The notes under the pieces are model-generated. The model was given only the letters and a program-made list of their open reading frames with translations, made no database searches and was not told the DNA's origin. Both the position numbers and the translations under genes were made by a program. Positions 1-10,336 of a stretch of 64,000 nucleotides of DNA are shown piece after piece. Source of the stretch: Nitrospirota bacterium (GTDB lineage Bacteria; Nitrospirota; UBA9217); the NCBI GenBank assembly GCA_963663225.1, contig OY760142.1:2560001-2624000 (forward strand), written 5' to 3'. Each line of letters begins with the position of its first letter. Position 1 is the stretch's first letter.

Positions 1-300
1 GGAGATCAGGCAGCGCAAGGAGCCGGAGGACAATTTTCTAGTCTTATTTTGATGCTTTTCATTTTCGGTATTTTTTATTTTCTTATGATACGGCCCCAGC
101 AGAAAAGAATGAAAGAACATAAGAAGATGGTAAATGAACTTAAAAAAGGTGATCGTATTGTTACGGCAGGCGGTATGTACGGTACCGTGGAAAACATTAT
201 GGAAAATACACTGACCGTAAAAATAGCCGAAGGGGTGAAAGTGAAGATTACCAGGGGGTCAATCGGTTCCGTAATAAAGGATGAGGATGAGAAAGAATAA
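1..300 (+). CDS. yajC: Preprotein translocase subunit YajC (5' end outside window)
   Basis: FYFLMIRPQQKR...LKKGDRIVTAGGMYG motif; frame open back to base 1; upstream of secD/secF. Confidence 0.95.
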   Translation, partial: GDQAAQGAGGQFSSLILMLFIFGIFYFLMIRPQQKRMKEHKKMVNELKKGDRIVTAGGMYGTVENIMENTLTVKIAEGVKVKITRGSIGSVIKDEDEKE

Positions 301-369
301 GCAACAGGTTGTGGAAAAAAAGTTCGTACAGCATATTTTAGGGTTGCAGCACGCGGGAGGCGTATAGTT

Positions 370-1941
370 ATGAAAAAGAGTATTCAATGGAGGCTGGCGC
401 TTATTGCCCTTTCGGTGTTAATTGCGCTGTTTCTGTTCCTGCCGTCTACACCGCTTTGGGATAGTTTGCCGGAGTGGTGGCACAAGAGTGTGCCCAAGAT
501 AGCACTCGGACTCGATCTCAGGGGAGGCAGCCACCTGGTCATGCAGGTAGAAACAGACAAGGCCGTGGAATCCTCTGTGGATAATATCGTTGCAGACCTT
601 CAAACGACGGCGGCGACGCAGCCGCTTGCGGTGACCTTTGCCAGAGCAGGTCAGGGAATAACGGCAACTTTTGCGGAGCCGCTCCGCGAAAAAGTCGAAA
701 AACTTCTCGGCACCTATGCTATTCTGGACCTTAAAACCCAGGCCAAAGGGGAACTGACGTACGCGCTTAAACCTGCGGAAGTCAGACGCATCAAGGAGTC
801 AGCCGTAAACCAGGCCCTTGAGCGGACCCGAAGACGTGTGGACAAATACGGTGTGGCAGAGCCTGCCATTTACAAACAGGAGCAGGATCAGATCGCTCTT
901 CAGTTGCCTGGAGTAAAAAACCCTCAGGAGGCAATCAGCTTCATTAAAACAGCAGGCCGGCTTGAGTTCAGGCTGGTTGATACCGATCCGAACAATCTTC
1001 AGAAAGCGCTTGCTGGAAAACCCCCGGCGGGAACAGAAATCCTGTATGAAGAACGGGAAAATGATGCCGGCAAGATTGTCAAACAGCCGATTCTCGTTTA
1101 TACAAAGACGCTGCTGACTGGTGACCGCCTGAAAGAAGCAAAAGTCGGTATTGACCAATTTAATAAACCGGCGGTATCCATTACGTTTGACAGTGAAGGC
1201 GCACGGATTTTTGACCGTATTACCGCAGACAATATCGGCAGACTTCTGGCCATCATTCTTGACGGAGTCGTGCATTCTGCGCCGAGGATTCAAGACCGGA
1301 TTGGCGGGGGGACTGCCCAGATTACCGGCCATTTTACTCATGATGAAGCATCAAAACTTGCCATTGTGCTGCGTGAGTCGCTTCCCGCACCGGTAAAAAT
1401 CGTGCAGAATGTAACGGTGGGACCGTCACTTGGCCAGGATTCCATTCTCATGGGAACGCGGGCAGCCTTGATAGGCGGCCTGGTCGTTATTATTTTTATG
1501 GTGGTTTATTACCGGATGTCGGGATTGATTGCCGACTATGCCATTGTATTAAATCTTGTATTGCTTCTTGGGGCCATGGCACTTTTGAGCGCAACTCTTA
1601 CCTTGCCGGGCATAGCGGGCATTATTCTGACCATCGGTATGGGCGTTGACTCGAACGTGCTTATGTTTGAACGCATACGCGAAGAAATTCGCTTGGGCAA
1701 ACAGCCTCGTCCGGCAGTGGATGCCGGATATGACAAGGCATTTCTCACAATTCTCGACTCACATGTGACCACTCTTATTACCGCGGTCGTTCTCTTCATG
1801 TTTGGTACGGGCCCTATAAAAGGGTTTGCGGTGACCCTGAGTCTCGGTATTATGATCAATCTGTACTCTGCGCTTGTTGGTACGAAAGTAATATTCGACA
1901 TCATTAATAGCCGCTGGAAACTGGAAAAACTGAGCATATAA
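370..1941 (+). CDS. secD: Protein translocase subunit SecD
   Basis: LGLDLRGG, VGPSLG, LTLPGIAGIILTIGMGVDSNVL, GTGPIKGFA motifs. Confidence 0.98.
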   Translation: MKKSIQWRLALIALSVLIALFLFLPSTPLWDSLPEWWHKSVPKIALGLDLRGGSHLVMQVETDKAVESSVDNIVADLQTTAATQPLAVTFARAGQGITATFAEPLREKVEKLLGTYAILDLKTQAKGELTYALKPAEVRRIKESAVNQALERTRRRVDKYGVAEPAIYKQEQDQIALQLPGVKNPQEAISFIKTAGRLEFRLVDTDPNNLQKALAGKPPAGTEILYEERENDAGKIVKQPILVYTKTLLTGDRLKEAKVGIDQFNKPAVSITFDSEGARIFDRITADNIGRLLAIILDGVVHSAPRIQDRIGGGTAQITGHFTHDEASKLAIVLRESLPAPVKIVQNVTVGPSLGQDSILMGTRAALIGGLVVIIFMVVYYRMSGLIADYAIVLNLVLLLGAMALLSATLTLPGIAGIILTIGMGVDSNVLMFERIREEIRLGKQPRPAVDAGYDKAFLTILDSHVTTLITAVVLFMFGTGPIKGFAVTLSLGIMINLYSALVGTKVIFDIINSRWKLEKLSI

Positions 1942-2011
1942 CTTTTGAAGGTCGGTAGGGTTCATATCGCTTTGAGTTTTTGCGTTGTCTGGATCACTTT
2001 TGGAGGAAATC

Positions 2012-2920
2012 ATGTTCCAAATTTTACATAAGACCAATATAGACTTCATGGGATGGAAAAACATTTCTTTTGCTGTTTCCGGGCTTCTGATATTGCTCGG
2101 TATTCTCTGCCTGGTCCAGATCAGCAGAGGAAAAGCGAACCTCGGCATCGATTTTGTGGGGGGGACGACGGTACAGCTTGCTTTCAAGGAAAAGATACCG
2201 ATCGACAAGGCGCGTACCGCTTTGGAAAAAAATGGCTTCGAAGGCGCGACAATTCAGGAAGTTGGGGAAGGAGAAAACAAGATTCTGATCAGAGTCAGAG
2301 AATCAGAGGGAACGTCCGACAAGATCCAGAACTTGTTTAAGAAGGAGTTCGGCAGCAATCCTTTCGAAGTGGTGAGCATTGAGGAAATCGGTCCGGTGAT
2401 AGGAAAGGCATTGCAGCGCGACGCAGTCATTGCCATTACCGTTTCGATCATAGCGATTATTTTTTACATCGCTCTCCGATTTGAATTTAAATTCGGCGTT
2501 GCTGCTGCCATAGCCACGATGCACGATGTGCTCGGGGTGCTGGGGATATTTTATATATTGAATCTGGAAATAAACCTGCTTATTGTAACGGCACTGCTTA
2601 CGCTTGCCGGCTATTCCCTGACTGATACCGTCGTGGTTTTTGATCGAATTCGTGAAAATCTCAAACGGAGTAAACGCGATCCCTTGCCCAAACTGGTAAA
2701 CAACAGTATTAATGAAGTTTTATCAAGAACGGTCATTACATCGCTTACGGTGGTGCTTGTGCTTGTTCCGCTGGTTTTTTTCGGTGGAGATGTGCTTCAC
2801 ACCTTTTCCGTTGCTCTGCTCATGGGTGTCATTATCGGGACTTATTCGTCAATATTTGTCGCCAGTCCGATTCTTGTCGTATGGCAGGCTAAATCGGGCG
2901 GCAGACTGATTTCAAAATAA
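2012..2920 (+). CDS. secF: Protein translocase subunit SecF
   Basis: LGIDFVGG, GYSLTDTVVVFDRIREN, GTYSSIFVA; ATG 2012 follows GGAGG RBS. Confidence 0.97.
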   Translation: MFQILHKTNIDFMGWKNISFAVSGLLILLGILCLVQISRGKANLGIDFVGGTTVQLAFKEKIPIDKARTALEKNGFEGATIQEVGEGENKILIRVRESEGTSDKIQNLFKKEFGSNPFEVVSIEEIGPVIGKALQRDAVIAITVSIIAIIFYIALRFEFKFGVAAAIATMHDVLGVLGIFYILNLEINLLIVTALLTLAGYSLTDTVVVFDRIRENLKRSKRDPLPKLVNNSINEVLSRTVITSLTVVLVLVPLVFFGGDVLHTFSVALLMGVIIGTYSSIFVASPILVVWQAKSGGRLISK

Positions 2921-2942
2921 ATCAATATGACCAGGTGAGGCG

Positions 2943-3006
2943 AAGGTGCAGGTGCTAGCGCATCAAGGACGTTATTCGATGTGCTTCTATCTGCACCTCT
3001 TTTTTG
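2943..3006 (+). terminator. Long interrupted stem-loop with T tail after secF; probable terminator
   Basis: AGGTGCAG...CTGCACCT outer stem, inner GCGCATC/GATGTGC, followed by T run. Confidence 0.6.
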
Positions 3007-3127
3007 TCCATTTGAGTCAAAAAAACTTTAATTCCTTTAAAATCATACACTTATAAAATATGTGGTACGTATATACATCAATTTCCCTTTCACCTACGCG
3101 TTTTCTCCAAAGCCTGGGTGAGTTCTA

Positions 3128-3156
3128 TTGACACAGAAGGCAGGTGACTATATTAT
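3128..3156 (+). promoter_or_regulatory. Sigma70-type promoter for the slt-like gene
   Basis: TTGACA-N17-TATTAT. Confidence 0.65.
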
Positions 3157-3208
3157 TATAGATAAATATCGGTTTTTGTATCTAAATCCTGTTCGATACT
3201 GGTCATTC

Positions 3209-5584
3209 ATGTCAACCTTAAAGACAGTTTTCCTGCTGTTCACGCTCCTTGTCCTCTCTTCCTGTGGAGGACTGAACCTTTCTCAGGACCCATCTGACCC
3301 GCTTTCTCGACGTGCTTCCCGTTTGCCCGAAACGGCTGAGCCGCTTCCTGCGAAGTATTTGCGAGAAGCTGCTGAACTCATTAAATCAGGAGATACCACT
3401 GCCGCACAAATAATCTTATGGCGTGTTAAGGAACAATACCCCGGTACGCCATGGTATGGGCGGGCTCTTTTTTTGACGGAGCGTGTTTTTATTCAACTGG
3501 ATCAGGCCGAAGATGCTGATGCGGTGATGCTCCGCATTCAGAGTGAATATCCCGAACTTGCTGATTATGCGATATTTATCCTCGCTGAATATTACTATGC
3601 TCGGGAACGCTATACGAAGGCGGCTACGCTTTACCAGCTTATCCTTGACCGTTATACAAAAAGTTTATTAACGGTGCGGTCATTATTTCTGCGGTCCCAG
3701 GCTCTTCTGAAGGCAGAAGCGTATCTTTATGCGCAGGACTCTTTCGAAAAATTTTTAAACGATAATCCCCGCTCTGAGTTTGCTCCTGCGGCGGCCTTAG
3801 GACTAGGAAGAGCATTACGAGGACAATCGCGTATTCCTGAAGCGACGAAGACATATTTGGATGTATTGATTAAATATCCAGGCGCTCCTCTTGAACAGGA
3901 TATTGAAGATGAGCTTGCGGAGTTAAGAAAAACCAACAGCGTTCCCGGCTTTTCTCCCGAGGATATATATGACCGGGGGAAAAACCTGTACCGTTCCAAA
4001 CAATACAGCAGGGCATTTGATACATTCTCACAGTTGGATCTGTCTGAATTGAATCCTCAGTACCAACCGGATGTCCTGTTTATGAACGGAATTGCCGCTT
4101 TTAATTCAGGAAGACGAAATGAAGCAACCGGCAGTCTTCAGAAACTGATTCGACAATATCCCGACGATCCACGCATACCGGAGGCATTAAACTGGCTTGG
4201 AAAATCCTATAGCAGATTGGGAGACTGGGAGAAAGGCAGCGAGGCGTTCCAAAAAATTCTTGATCGATTCTCAGAAAGTGAATGGGCGGATGATGCGCTG
4301 TTTCTTCTCGGAAATATCAATCGGGAAACCGGCGACGTCGACAAATCCTTGTCCTATTACGAAACGCTGGTAAAAAAATATCCACAAAGCAAGTTTGCCG
4401 ACAGCGCGCTTTGGTGGCAGGCATGGTTGTGGTATGCCGTCGGTGATTATCAAAAAGCCACGCGCAGTCTTCAAAGACTGACGGTACGATATCCGCGTTC
4501 ATTCCTGGTGCATCAGGCCCGGTACTGGCAGGGGAAAATGGCTGAAAAAATCGGAGATTTCCCCCGTGCGCGTACCTATTATCGGTTGGTGCTTAATAAA
4601 GGATTATATACCTTTTACGGTTACCGCGCTGCAGAGCGGATCGCTTTTTTAGAAGATTTCACCTCGGCACAACAAAGACCTGTACCGGATGAAGAGCTCG
4701 TTGCATGTAAAAAAAATGAATGTCCTGATGAACCTGTGTATTCCTATGCGGGAGATGAAACGCCGCCGGTCTGGACGGAGGAAACGCGTTCGCTTCTGAC
4801 AGCTGATCCCTCTTTCAAAAAAACACTCGATCTGCTTTATGTAGATATGAAAACAGAGGCCTCCGCCGAATTGTGGTCATTGCAGGAAAAATTCCCGCCA
4901 AAACGCGGTGCGCTGATAGGTCTGAGTAAGGCCTTTTTTGAACTTGGTGATTTCTACCGGTCGCATATTCTCGTGATCAAAAAATACGAGCGGTATCTGG
5001 AAACACCCGATACCAGTACTCCGGAAGACCTCTGGCGTCTTGCATATCCTCTGGCATATTGGAACAGCATTCTTTCGTATGCACGCAAATACGGTCAGGA
5101 TCCGTATTTCATCGCCGCGATAATCAAAGAGGAAAGTCAATTTAAAACAGATGCATTATCTCCGGCAGGCGCGCGGGGTCTCATGCAGGTAATGCCGGCG
5201 ACAGGCGTGCGTGTCGCGCAGCAGATCAAATTGCGGAAGTTTAACCGCGAAAAACTCTATGAAGTAGATACCATCATCAATATAGGAACATGGTATATCA
5301 GCCATCTCATGAAACGATACAAGGGCGATCCTTTTTTTGTTGCGGCTGCATATAATGCCGGCCCTGACGCCGTTTCTCAATGGATCAAAAAAAACATAAA
5401 TGGCAATGACCGAGACGCATTTGTGGAATCGATACCGTATATGGAAACAAGAGGGTATGTAAAAAAAGTTATGAGAAATTATTTCGAATATAAAAGAATT
5501 TACGGAAAAACCTCAGAGGTTCCACCGCTGGTACCTGTATTGCCTGCGGATTCCATTCGGGCGGTTATTGTGGAAAAAAGATAA
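3209..5584 (+). CDS. slt: TPR-containing soluble lytic murein transglycosylase (Slt70-like) lipoprotein
   Basis: Lipobox LSSC, many TPR repeats, C-terminal SLT motifs IKEES, GARGLMQVMP, AAYNAG, ETRGYV. Confidence 0.9.
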   Translation: MSTLKTVFLLFTLLVLSSCGGLNLSQDPSDPLSRRASRLPETAEPLPAKYLREAAELIKSGDTTAAQIILWRVKEQYPGTPWYGRALFLTERVFIQLDQAEDADAVMLRIQSEYPELADYAIFILAEYYYARERYTKAATLYQLILDRYTKSLLTVRSLFLRSQALLKAEAYLYAQDSFEKFLNDNPRSEFAPAAALGLGRALRGQSRIPEATKTYLDVLIKYPGAPLEQDIEDELAELRKTNSVPGFSPEDIYDRGKNLYRSKQYSRAFDTFSQLDLSELNPQYQPDVLFMNGIAAFNSGRRNEATGSLQKLIRQYPDDPRIPEALNWLGKSYSRLGDWEKGSEAFQKILDRFSESEWADDALFLLGNINRETGDVDKSLSYYETLVKKYPQSKFADSALWWQAWLWYAVGDYQKATRSLQRLTVRYPRSFLVHQARYWQGKMAEKIGDFPRARTYYRLVLNKGLYTFYGYRAAERIAFLEDFTSAQQRPVPDEELVACKKNECPDEPVYSYAGDETPPVWTEETRSLLTADPSFKKTLDLLYVDMKTEASAELWSLQEKFPPKRGALIGLSKAFFELGDFYRSHILVIKKYERYLETPDTSTPEDLWRLAYPLAYWNSILSYARKYGQDPYFIAAIIKEESQFKTDALSPAGARGLMQVMPATGVRVAQQIKLRKFNREKLYEVDTIINIGTWYISHLMKRYKGDPFFVAAAYNAGPDAVSQWIKKNINGNDRDAFVESIPYMETRGYVKKVMRNYFEYKRIYGKTSEVPPLVPVLPADSIRAVIVEKR

Positions 5585-5659
5585 AAAAACAATAATTTTA
5601 ATGAGAAAGCGACGAATTTTTTCTGTTTTTTGCATGACTACGGAAAGAAGGCGGAAACA

Positions 5660-5884
5660 GTGAATAAACATGAAGAGGCGTTCTCGGAAATAGAAATGCG
5701 GGTAACACTGCTTCTAGCTCAGAACGCTCGTCTTAAAAACCGGATCGATGACCTCGATAAAGAACTGCTCCGTATCCGCAACGATGCGCAGCACGTCGAG
5801 CATTTGTATGGAGAAAAACTACATATTAAGAAAAAAATCGAGCAGATTCTCCAGTCGCTTGAAGACGCTACCGGCAAAGATTAG
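5660..5884 (+). CDS. Small coiled-coil protein, ZapB-like
   Basis: About 74 aa heptad-rich coiled coil; GTG start after AAGG; no zapA nearby. Confidence 0.5.
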   Translation: MNKHEEAFSEIEMRVTLLLAQNARLKNRIDDLDKELLRIRNDAQHVEHLYGEKLHIKKKIEQILQSLEDATGKD

Positions 5885-5909
5885 CTGCCGCCGTTCATCA
5901 TTAACGCTT

Positions 5910-6809
5910 ATGAAACCGGAACTGGATATTAATAAAACGCTTCTTGACAACCTGTACGAAGGCGTGTATTTCGTAGACCGCGAGAGAAAAATAACATACT
6001 GGAACAAGGGCGCGGAACGAATTACCGGATATACCGCACAGGAAGTCCTCGGCAAGTCCTGCTCGGATGATATTCTCATGCATGTGGACATGAGTGGAAA
6101 CGCTCTCTGTGAAGAAAACTGTCCGGTGCTGATAGCCCTTCAAAACGGTCATGAACAGAACGCGGAAATGTTTTTGCAGCATAAGAACGGCCACCGGATA
6201 CCGGTAAATATGCGCCTTGTTCCTTTACGGGATGCAGATAATGAAATCATCGGTGGCATTGAAATCTTTACCATCAGCACCCCGGCCGCAACGGCGATCG
6301 ACCGGCTTGCCGAACTTGAAAGAATTGCTTTCCTTGACGGACTTACCGGCCTCGCAAACAGACGATATGCAGAAATCACCTTGAATGCGCGCTTGGAGGA
6401 ACTGGAACGTTATGGCTGGAAATTCGGCGTTCTGTTCATTGACATCGACTTTTTTAAGACAATCAATGACGTGTATGGACATGACGTAGGCGACGATGTA
6501 CTTATTATGGTAGGGAACACATTGAGGAACAGTGTCCGGCCATTTGATATCGTAAGTCGGTGGGGAGGCGAGGAATACCTTGCCGTGATTATTCACGTTA
6601 CGAAAGAGGAGCTAGCGCTGACGGCAAACCGTTGCCGTTTCCTCGTGCAGCAATCCAATCTGCCGTCAGTGCCGCATCTTCGTGTTACCGTTTCTCTTGG
6701 AGGCACGCTTGCCCGTCCTGAAGATACCGTATCAACGCTTTTCAAAAGAGTGGACAGGCTTATGTACCGCAGTAAAGAAACCGGCAGAAACCGTGTGACG
6801 ATAGAGTGA
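5910..6809 (+). CDS. PAS-GGDEF diguanylate cyclase
   Basis: PAS (YWNKGAERITGY), DGLTGLANRR, DIDFFK, RPFD I-site, GGEEY. Confidence 0.92.
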   Translation: MKPELDINKTLLDNLYEGVYFVDRERKITYWNKGAERITGYTAQEVLGKSCSDDILMHVDMSGNALCEENCPVLIALQNGHEQNAEMFLQHKNGHRIPVNMRLVPLRDADNEIIGGIEIFTISTPAATAIDRLAELERIAFLDGLTGLANRRYAEITLNARLEELERYGWKFGVLFIDIDFFKTINDVYGHDVGDDVLIMVGNTLRNSVRPFDIVSRWGGEEYLAVIIHVTKEELALTANRCRFLVQQSNLPSVPHLRVTVSLGGTLARPEDTVSTLFKRVDRLMYRSKETGRNRVTIE

Positions 6810-6921
6810 TTGTGTGTGATGTCAATTTGTCTGTCGCCTGCGGCAGTCAGTCAACATGAATGTTTCTGAACCGTTTCGCGTGCCGTTCACAGCGAGTCGC
6901 TCCATTCACCAGAATGCCAGC

Positions 6922-8103
6922 TCAAGAGGTGCAAAGCCTATTCCGTCCGCCCTGCTTTGCTTTATAGAGCGCGGCATCTGCGCGGTTTAATACTGTTTCT
7001 ATTTGCTGGTCCTGCGGTTGGAGCGTGGAAACGCCGAGAGAAATTGTGATGCGCAGCGTTGCGGCTGCAATTTGAAAATCAATTTGTTCAACGGATGGCC
7101 GTAAACGCTCGGCAATGTTTAATCCGCTGTCCAGGCCGGTTTCGGGCAATAACGCAGCGAATTCATCGCCCCCCAGTCTGCCAAAACTGTCCATGCTGCG
7201 CAAGTTTTTGCGGCAGACCGAAGCTACCGTAGTCAGAATCTGGTCACCGGTTGCATGACCATGAAGATCGTTAATTTGCTTGAAATTATCGACATCGATC
7301 ATACATACGGTCAGGGGGTGATTCAGGCGTCGCGCGCGTTGAAATTCGCTCTCGCAAACTTCGGAAAAATGACGATTATTGGACACGCCGGTCAGAAAAT
7401 CCGTGCGGGCCAAGTGCTGTAATTCAACTTGTGCCTTTCTTAATTCCAGTTCCATTCTCTCGCTGTTGAGCAAAACGAAGCTCAACGTCCATGTTAATCC
7501 AAGAAGAAGCGAAGACAGATAAAAAACTGTCTGGAGTTCGTTGGTCATAAAAATACTATGTATTTCCGGGGTTACATGGCTGATCAGGGCACGAGCAGTC
7601 AAAATAAGAGCGTAAAGCGTGAGCAAGGTACTCGTAAACCATGAGGTAGACCTTAGTTCTTCGGAAGTGCCCAGAAGCAATTCAAAAGCGCACCGAAAAT
7701 ACATTGCCGCAGCAAATATCGAATAGATAATAATACGGGTTTCAAGCCGATTGTTCACATAGGTAAAATAGGCCAGGATTGCCATTATGACGGCAAGAGC
7801 GGCAATATTGAACGTCCACTGGGCATGATCTCCGTGAAAACGACGGATGCCTTCAAAAATGCATACAGTGGCTCCGAGAAGAAGCAGGTTCGAAAGCAGA
7901 ATGGTTACGTAGTCCGGGAGTATGTCGCGCAAAGAGAATAAAAAAAACCCCGTCGTATGCAGTGCAGTGCTTGCAGCCCATAAACCGAACCCGGAATAGG
8001 TTTTGCGTGTTCGCCAAAGCAGGAGCATGAGCAGGCTGATTAGTACAGAAACAGCTATCAGGACGACCGCTAGGGTGCGAGTGTCAAGTGTGAATGTCTG
8101 CAT
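6922..8103 (-). CDS. Membrane-bound diguanylate cyclase (multi-TM + GGDEF)
   Basis: Several N-terminal TM segments; RSMD I-site and GGDEF. Confidence 0.92.
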   Translation of the reverse strand: MQTFTLDTRTLAVVLIAVSVLISLLMLLLWRTRKTYSGFGLWAASTALHTTGFFLFSLRDILPDYVTILLSNLLLLGATVCIFEGIRRFHGDHAQWTFNIAALAVIMAILAYFTYVNNRLETRIIIYSIFAAAMYFRCAFELLLGTSEELRSTSWFTSTLLTLYALILTARALISHVTPEIHSIFMTNELQTVFYLSSLLLGLTWTLSFVLLNSERMELELRKAQVELQHLARTDFLTGVSNNRHFSEVCESEFQRARRLNHPLTVCMIDVDNFKQINDLHGHATGDQILTTVASVCRKNLRSMDSFGRLGGDEFAALLPETGLDSGLNIAERLRPSVEQIDFQIAAATLRITISLGVSTLQPQDQQIETVLNRADAALYKAKQGGRNRLCTS

Positions 8104-8141
8104 AGTGAGGTCAATTGAAACTTTATAGCTACTGTTTTTTT

Positions 8142-8170
8142 ATTTTATAGAAACAGGCTTTTATTGTCAA
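8142..8170 (-). promoter_or_regulatory. Sigma70-type promoter for the GGDEF gene
   Basis: Minus strand TTGACA-N17-TAAAAT. Confidence 0.55.
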
Positions 8171-8251
8171 TAAATAAAGTTATTGTACGCAGGATGGATA
8201 AATGTACGACCGATGCGCAGTGGTTCACAAAGCTTGACAGTGGAGGCTTTT

Positions 8252-9778
8252 ATGAAACAAAGCACCGTATCACTTCATTATTCTGACACAAAAAGGTTTT
8301 TGTATCAAAATATTCATCCGAATGGTTGGAAGAATCCGGAACCTGCGCCACGATATAACCTGGTTGTTATCGGCGCCGGTACGGCAGGCCTTGTTACGGC
8401 AGCGGGTGCAGCCGGGCTCGGCGCCAAAGTGGCGCTCATTGAACGGCGTTTTATCGGTGGCGATTGCTTGAACAGCGGATGCGTTCCTTCAAAAGCTTTT
8501 TTAAAAAGTGCATATGCCGCCTATGAAGTGAGAACGAGTGGGAAATTCGGCATCTTTGGCACTAAAAACAGCGCTGTTCATTTCGGCAGGATCATGAACA
8601 GAGTCGACAGTATAAAAGCAAAAATCAGTATTCATGATTCTGCAGAGCGCTTCAGTAAAAACTTTGGAGTGGATGTCTTTTTCGGAGAGGGGAAATTTAC
8701 CGCTGCAGATTCCATTCTTGTAGATAGGAAGCTGCTTCGCTTTAAAAAAGCCGCGATCTGTACTGGTGCCCGCGCTGCAGTGCCATCGATTCCCGGAATT
8801 GAGACATCGGGGTATCATACAAACGAAACAGTGTTTCAACTCAAAGAAAAACCCAGAAGATTGGTAGTGATTGGAGGCGGACCGTTAGGATGTGAGCTCG
8901 CACAAGGGTTCGCTCGCATAGGAAGTCAGGTGACAATCATCCAACATGGCGAACACCTCCTTCCGCGGGAAGATACCGACGCCTCGCATTTCATCCATCG
9001 ATCTTTAACGCGGGATGGCATAAAAATACACCTGCTGGCACAGATTGAAAGAATCACAACAAAAGGAAAGATTAAAACACTCACCATTCTTAAGAGCGGC
9101 AAAAGAAGCGAGTTATTTGCGGATGAACTATTGGTCGGCGTCGGCAGAATCCCGAATGTGGAAGGGCTCAATCTTGAAGCAGCGAATATAGTATATGACC
9201 TGCAAGCAGGCGTACAGGTGAGTGATTATCTGCAGACATCGAATCAGAATGTTTATGCGGCGGGTGATGTCTGCTCGGACTATAAATTCACTCACGCTGC
9301 GGAAGAAATGGCTCGAATTGTGATTTCAAATTCATTGTTTATGACTCGGCGGAAAAGAAATCCTTTAATCATCCCACGGTGCACTTACACGGATCCGGAA
9401 ATAGCCCATATCGGAATGTCAGCAGAAGAAGCGAGAGGGAAGGGTTTCGATGTTTCCACGTTGACCGTGCCTTTTGCGGATGTTGATCGGACTATAATTG
9501 AGGGAGATACTGAAGGATTCGTACGGGTTCACCTGAAGAGCAGGAGTGATACGTTGCTCGGTGGAACGATTGTTGCGCGTCATGCGGGCGAAATGATTAA
9601 TGAACTTTCCTTTGCAATGGCTAATCGGCTGGGGTTGGCCGCAATTGGGAAAACGGTTCACCCGTATCCGACGCGCTCAGAAGTGCTTAAAAAAGTAGCT
9701 GATGCATATTACAAAACCCGACTCACGCCCGGCATCAAAAAACTTTTTGCCGTCTGGCTTAAATGGCAGCGTGCATAA
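8252..9778 (+). CDS. Class I pyridine nucleotide-disulfide oxidoreductase (mercuric reductase-like / LPD family)
   Basis: GAGTAG FAD motif, GGDCLNSGCVPSK redox disulfide, GGGPLGCE, HPYPTRSE; no C-terminal Cys-Cys. Confidence 0.85.
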   Translation: MKQSTVSLHYSDTKRFLYQNIHPNGWKNPEPAPRYNLVVIGAGTAGLVTAAGAAGLGAKVALIERRFIGGDCLNSGCVPSKAFLKSAYAAYEVRTSGKFGIFGTKNSAVHFGRIMNRVDSIKAKISIHDSAERFSKNFGVDVFFGEGKFTAADSILVDRKLLRFKKAAICTGARAAVPSIPGIETSGYHTNETVFQLKEKPRRLVVIGGGPLGCELAQGFARIGSQVTIIQHGEHLLPREDTDASHFIHRSLTRDGIKIHLLAQIERITTKGKIKTLTILKSGKRSELFADELLVGVGRIPNVEGLNLEAANIVYDLQAGVQVSDYLQTSNQNVYAAGDVCSDYKFTHAAEEMARIVISNSLFMTRRKRNPLIIPRCTYTDPEIAHIGMSAEEARGKGFDVSTLTVPFADVDRTIIEGDTEGFVRVHLKSRSDTLLGGTIVARHAGEMINELSFAMANRLGLAAIGKTVHPYPTRSEVLKKVADAYYKTRLTPGIKKLFAVWLKWQRA

Positions 9779-9884
9779 ATATTCTCGTCCGAACGGCACT
9801 TTTACTCTGGATTGGACGTTATAGATTCATTGGCAAGGCTTTGTTAAACTGCTTGCATTCGATAAATAAGCATGCTGTCTATAG

Positions 9885-9920
9885 CAATACAATACAATAC
9901 AATACAAGACAAGACAAGAC
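9885..9920. repeat. Pentanucleotide tandem repeat (CAATA)4(CAAGA)3
   Basis: Direct reading of the sequence. Confidence 0.85.
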
Positions 9921-10147
9921 GAACGCTACGATGAGCAACAGCTAAAATAAAAAGACAACAAGAAAATCAAACAAGAGACCTAAACCGGTATTTTCTGGAA
10001 CACGGTCCTTTCTTGCCGAATGCAGATGACCGATACGCGATTACATCGCGTATCATTGCGTTGATCCTCCGGATGATGTCGTCAAACCAGAAAAAAGCGA
10101 CACCATTGTGCGTACACGGTTTTTTGTTTCAAGAAAGGTTAATAATA

Positions 10148-10336
10148 ATGTGTGACTTAAATGCATTTGTGATAAAGTGCGGCCGTGAAGAACTTCTTTT
10201 TGAATCAGTGAATAGTGTTGTTGTGAAAGACGGCGTAGTGGCAATGCGGAACCTTTTTGGAGAAGAGATAAAGGTTTGCGGGGAAATACGTGAGGTTTCA
10301 CTTTTAAAAAATCGGATTATTATCGGACAGAATTAA
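10148..10336 (+). CDS. cooT: CooT family nickel-binding protein
   Basis: 62 aa starting Met-Cys2; EELLFESV...NLFGEE...IREVSL pattern. Confidence 0.75.
   Translation: MCDLNAFVIKCGREELLFESVNSVVVKDGVVAMRNLFGEEIKVCGEIREVSLLKNRIIIGQN

Noticed and set aside
5884-5910. zapA / 6S RNA after the ZapB-like gene
   Set aside because: Only 25 bp separate it from the next gene; neither is present
8252-9778. Mercuric reductase MerA
   Set aside because: No C-terminal Cys-Cys pair, no N-terminal HMA domain and no mer genes nearby
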